Positions 17,003 through 17,004 of a stretch of 17,004 nucleotides of DNA are shown here, in pieces. Every line of letters starts with the position of its first letter. Within the stretch, counting starts at the first letter, position 1. Below the pieces are notes generated by a model, which worked only from the letters and a program-made list of their open reading frames with translations, did no database searches and was not told the origin of the DNA. The stretch is from Nitrospirota bacterium (lineage in GTDB: Bacteria; Nitrospirota; UBA9217). The stretch spans positions 1-17,004 of the forward strand of contig CAVUHW010000017.1 in assembly GCA_963741205.1 (NCBI GenBank), in the 5' to 3' direction. The position numbers and the translations under genes are program-made.

Positions 17003-17004
17003 CG

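Overview
GC-rich bacterial chromosomal window with nearly all genes on the + strand. Gene content and order suggest Nitrospirota or deltaproteobacteria (inference). The backbone is housekeeping: pdxJ-acpS-nnr-CBS-tsaE-nadK-family-4 UDG-mutS, then rplI-dnaB, two paralogous TPR/cNMP-binding genes and AmmeMemoRadiSam protein B. Two related ~1.6 kb tnpA-less IS200/IS605 (tnpB-only) elements sit in direct orientation at ~81-1691 and ~10556-12161. Both start at AGGGGGTCAAGCGGACTGTTTTGG next to a GC-rich palindrome, and both end at GGGTAGTTCA directly before a predicted sigma70 promoter, so each putative guide covers a -35 box. Copy 1 has an open frame but a RuvC-I Asp->Asn change. Copy 2 keeps the Asp but has a nonsense codon and a frameshift. 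Almost every intergenic gap holds a small repeat: GTAG-type REPs, a dRS3/RPE-like palindrome, a CCCCTT/AAGGGG palindrome, or oriented 7-mer arrays. An 8-mer array lies inside mutS, and DnaB has a CxCx5CxC loop. Many single-base indels in core genes most likely reflect unpolished long-read sequence.
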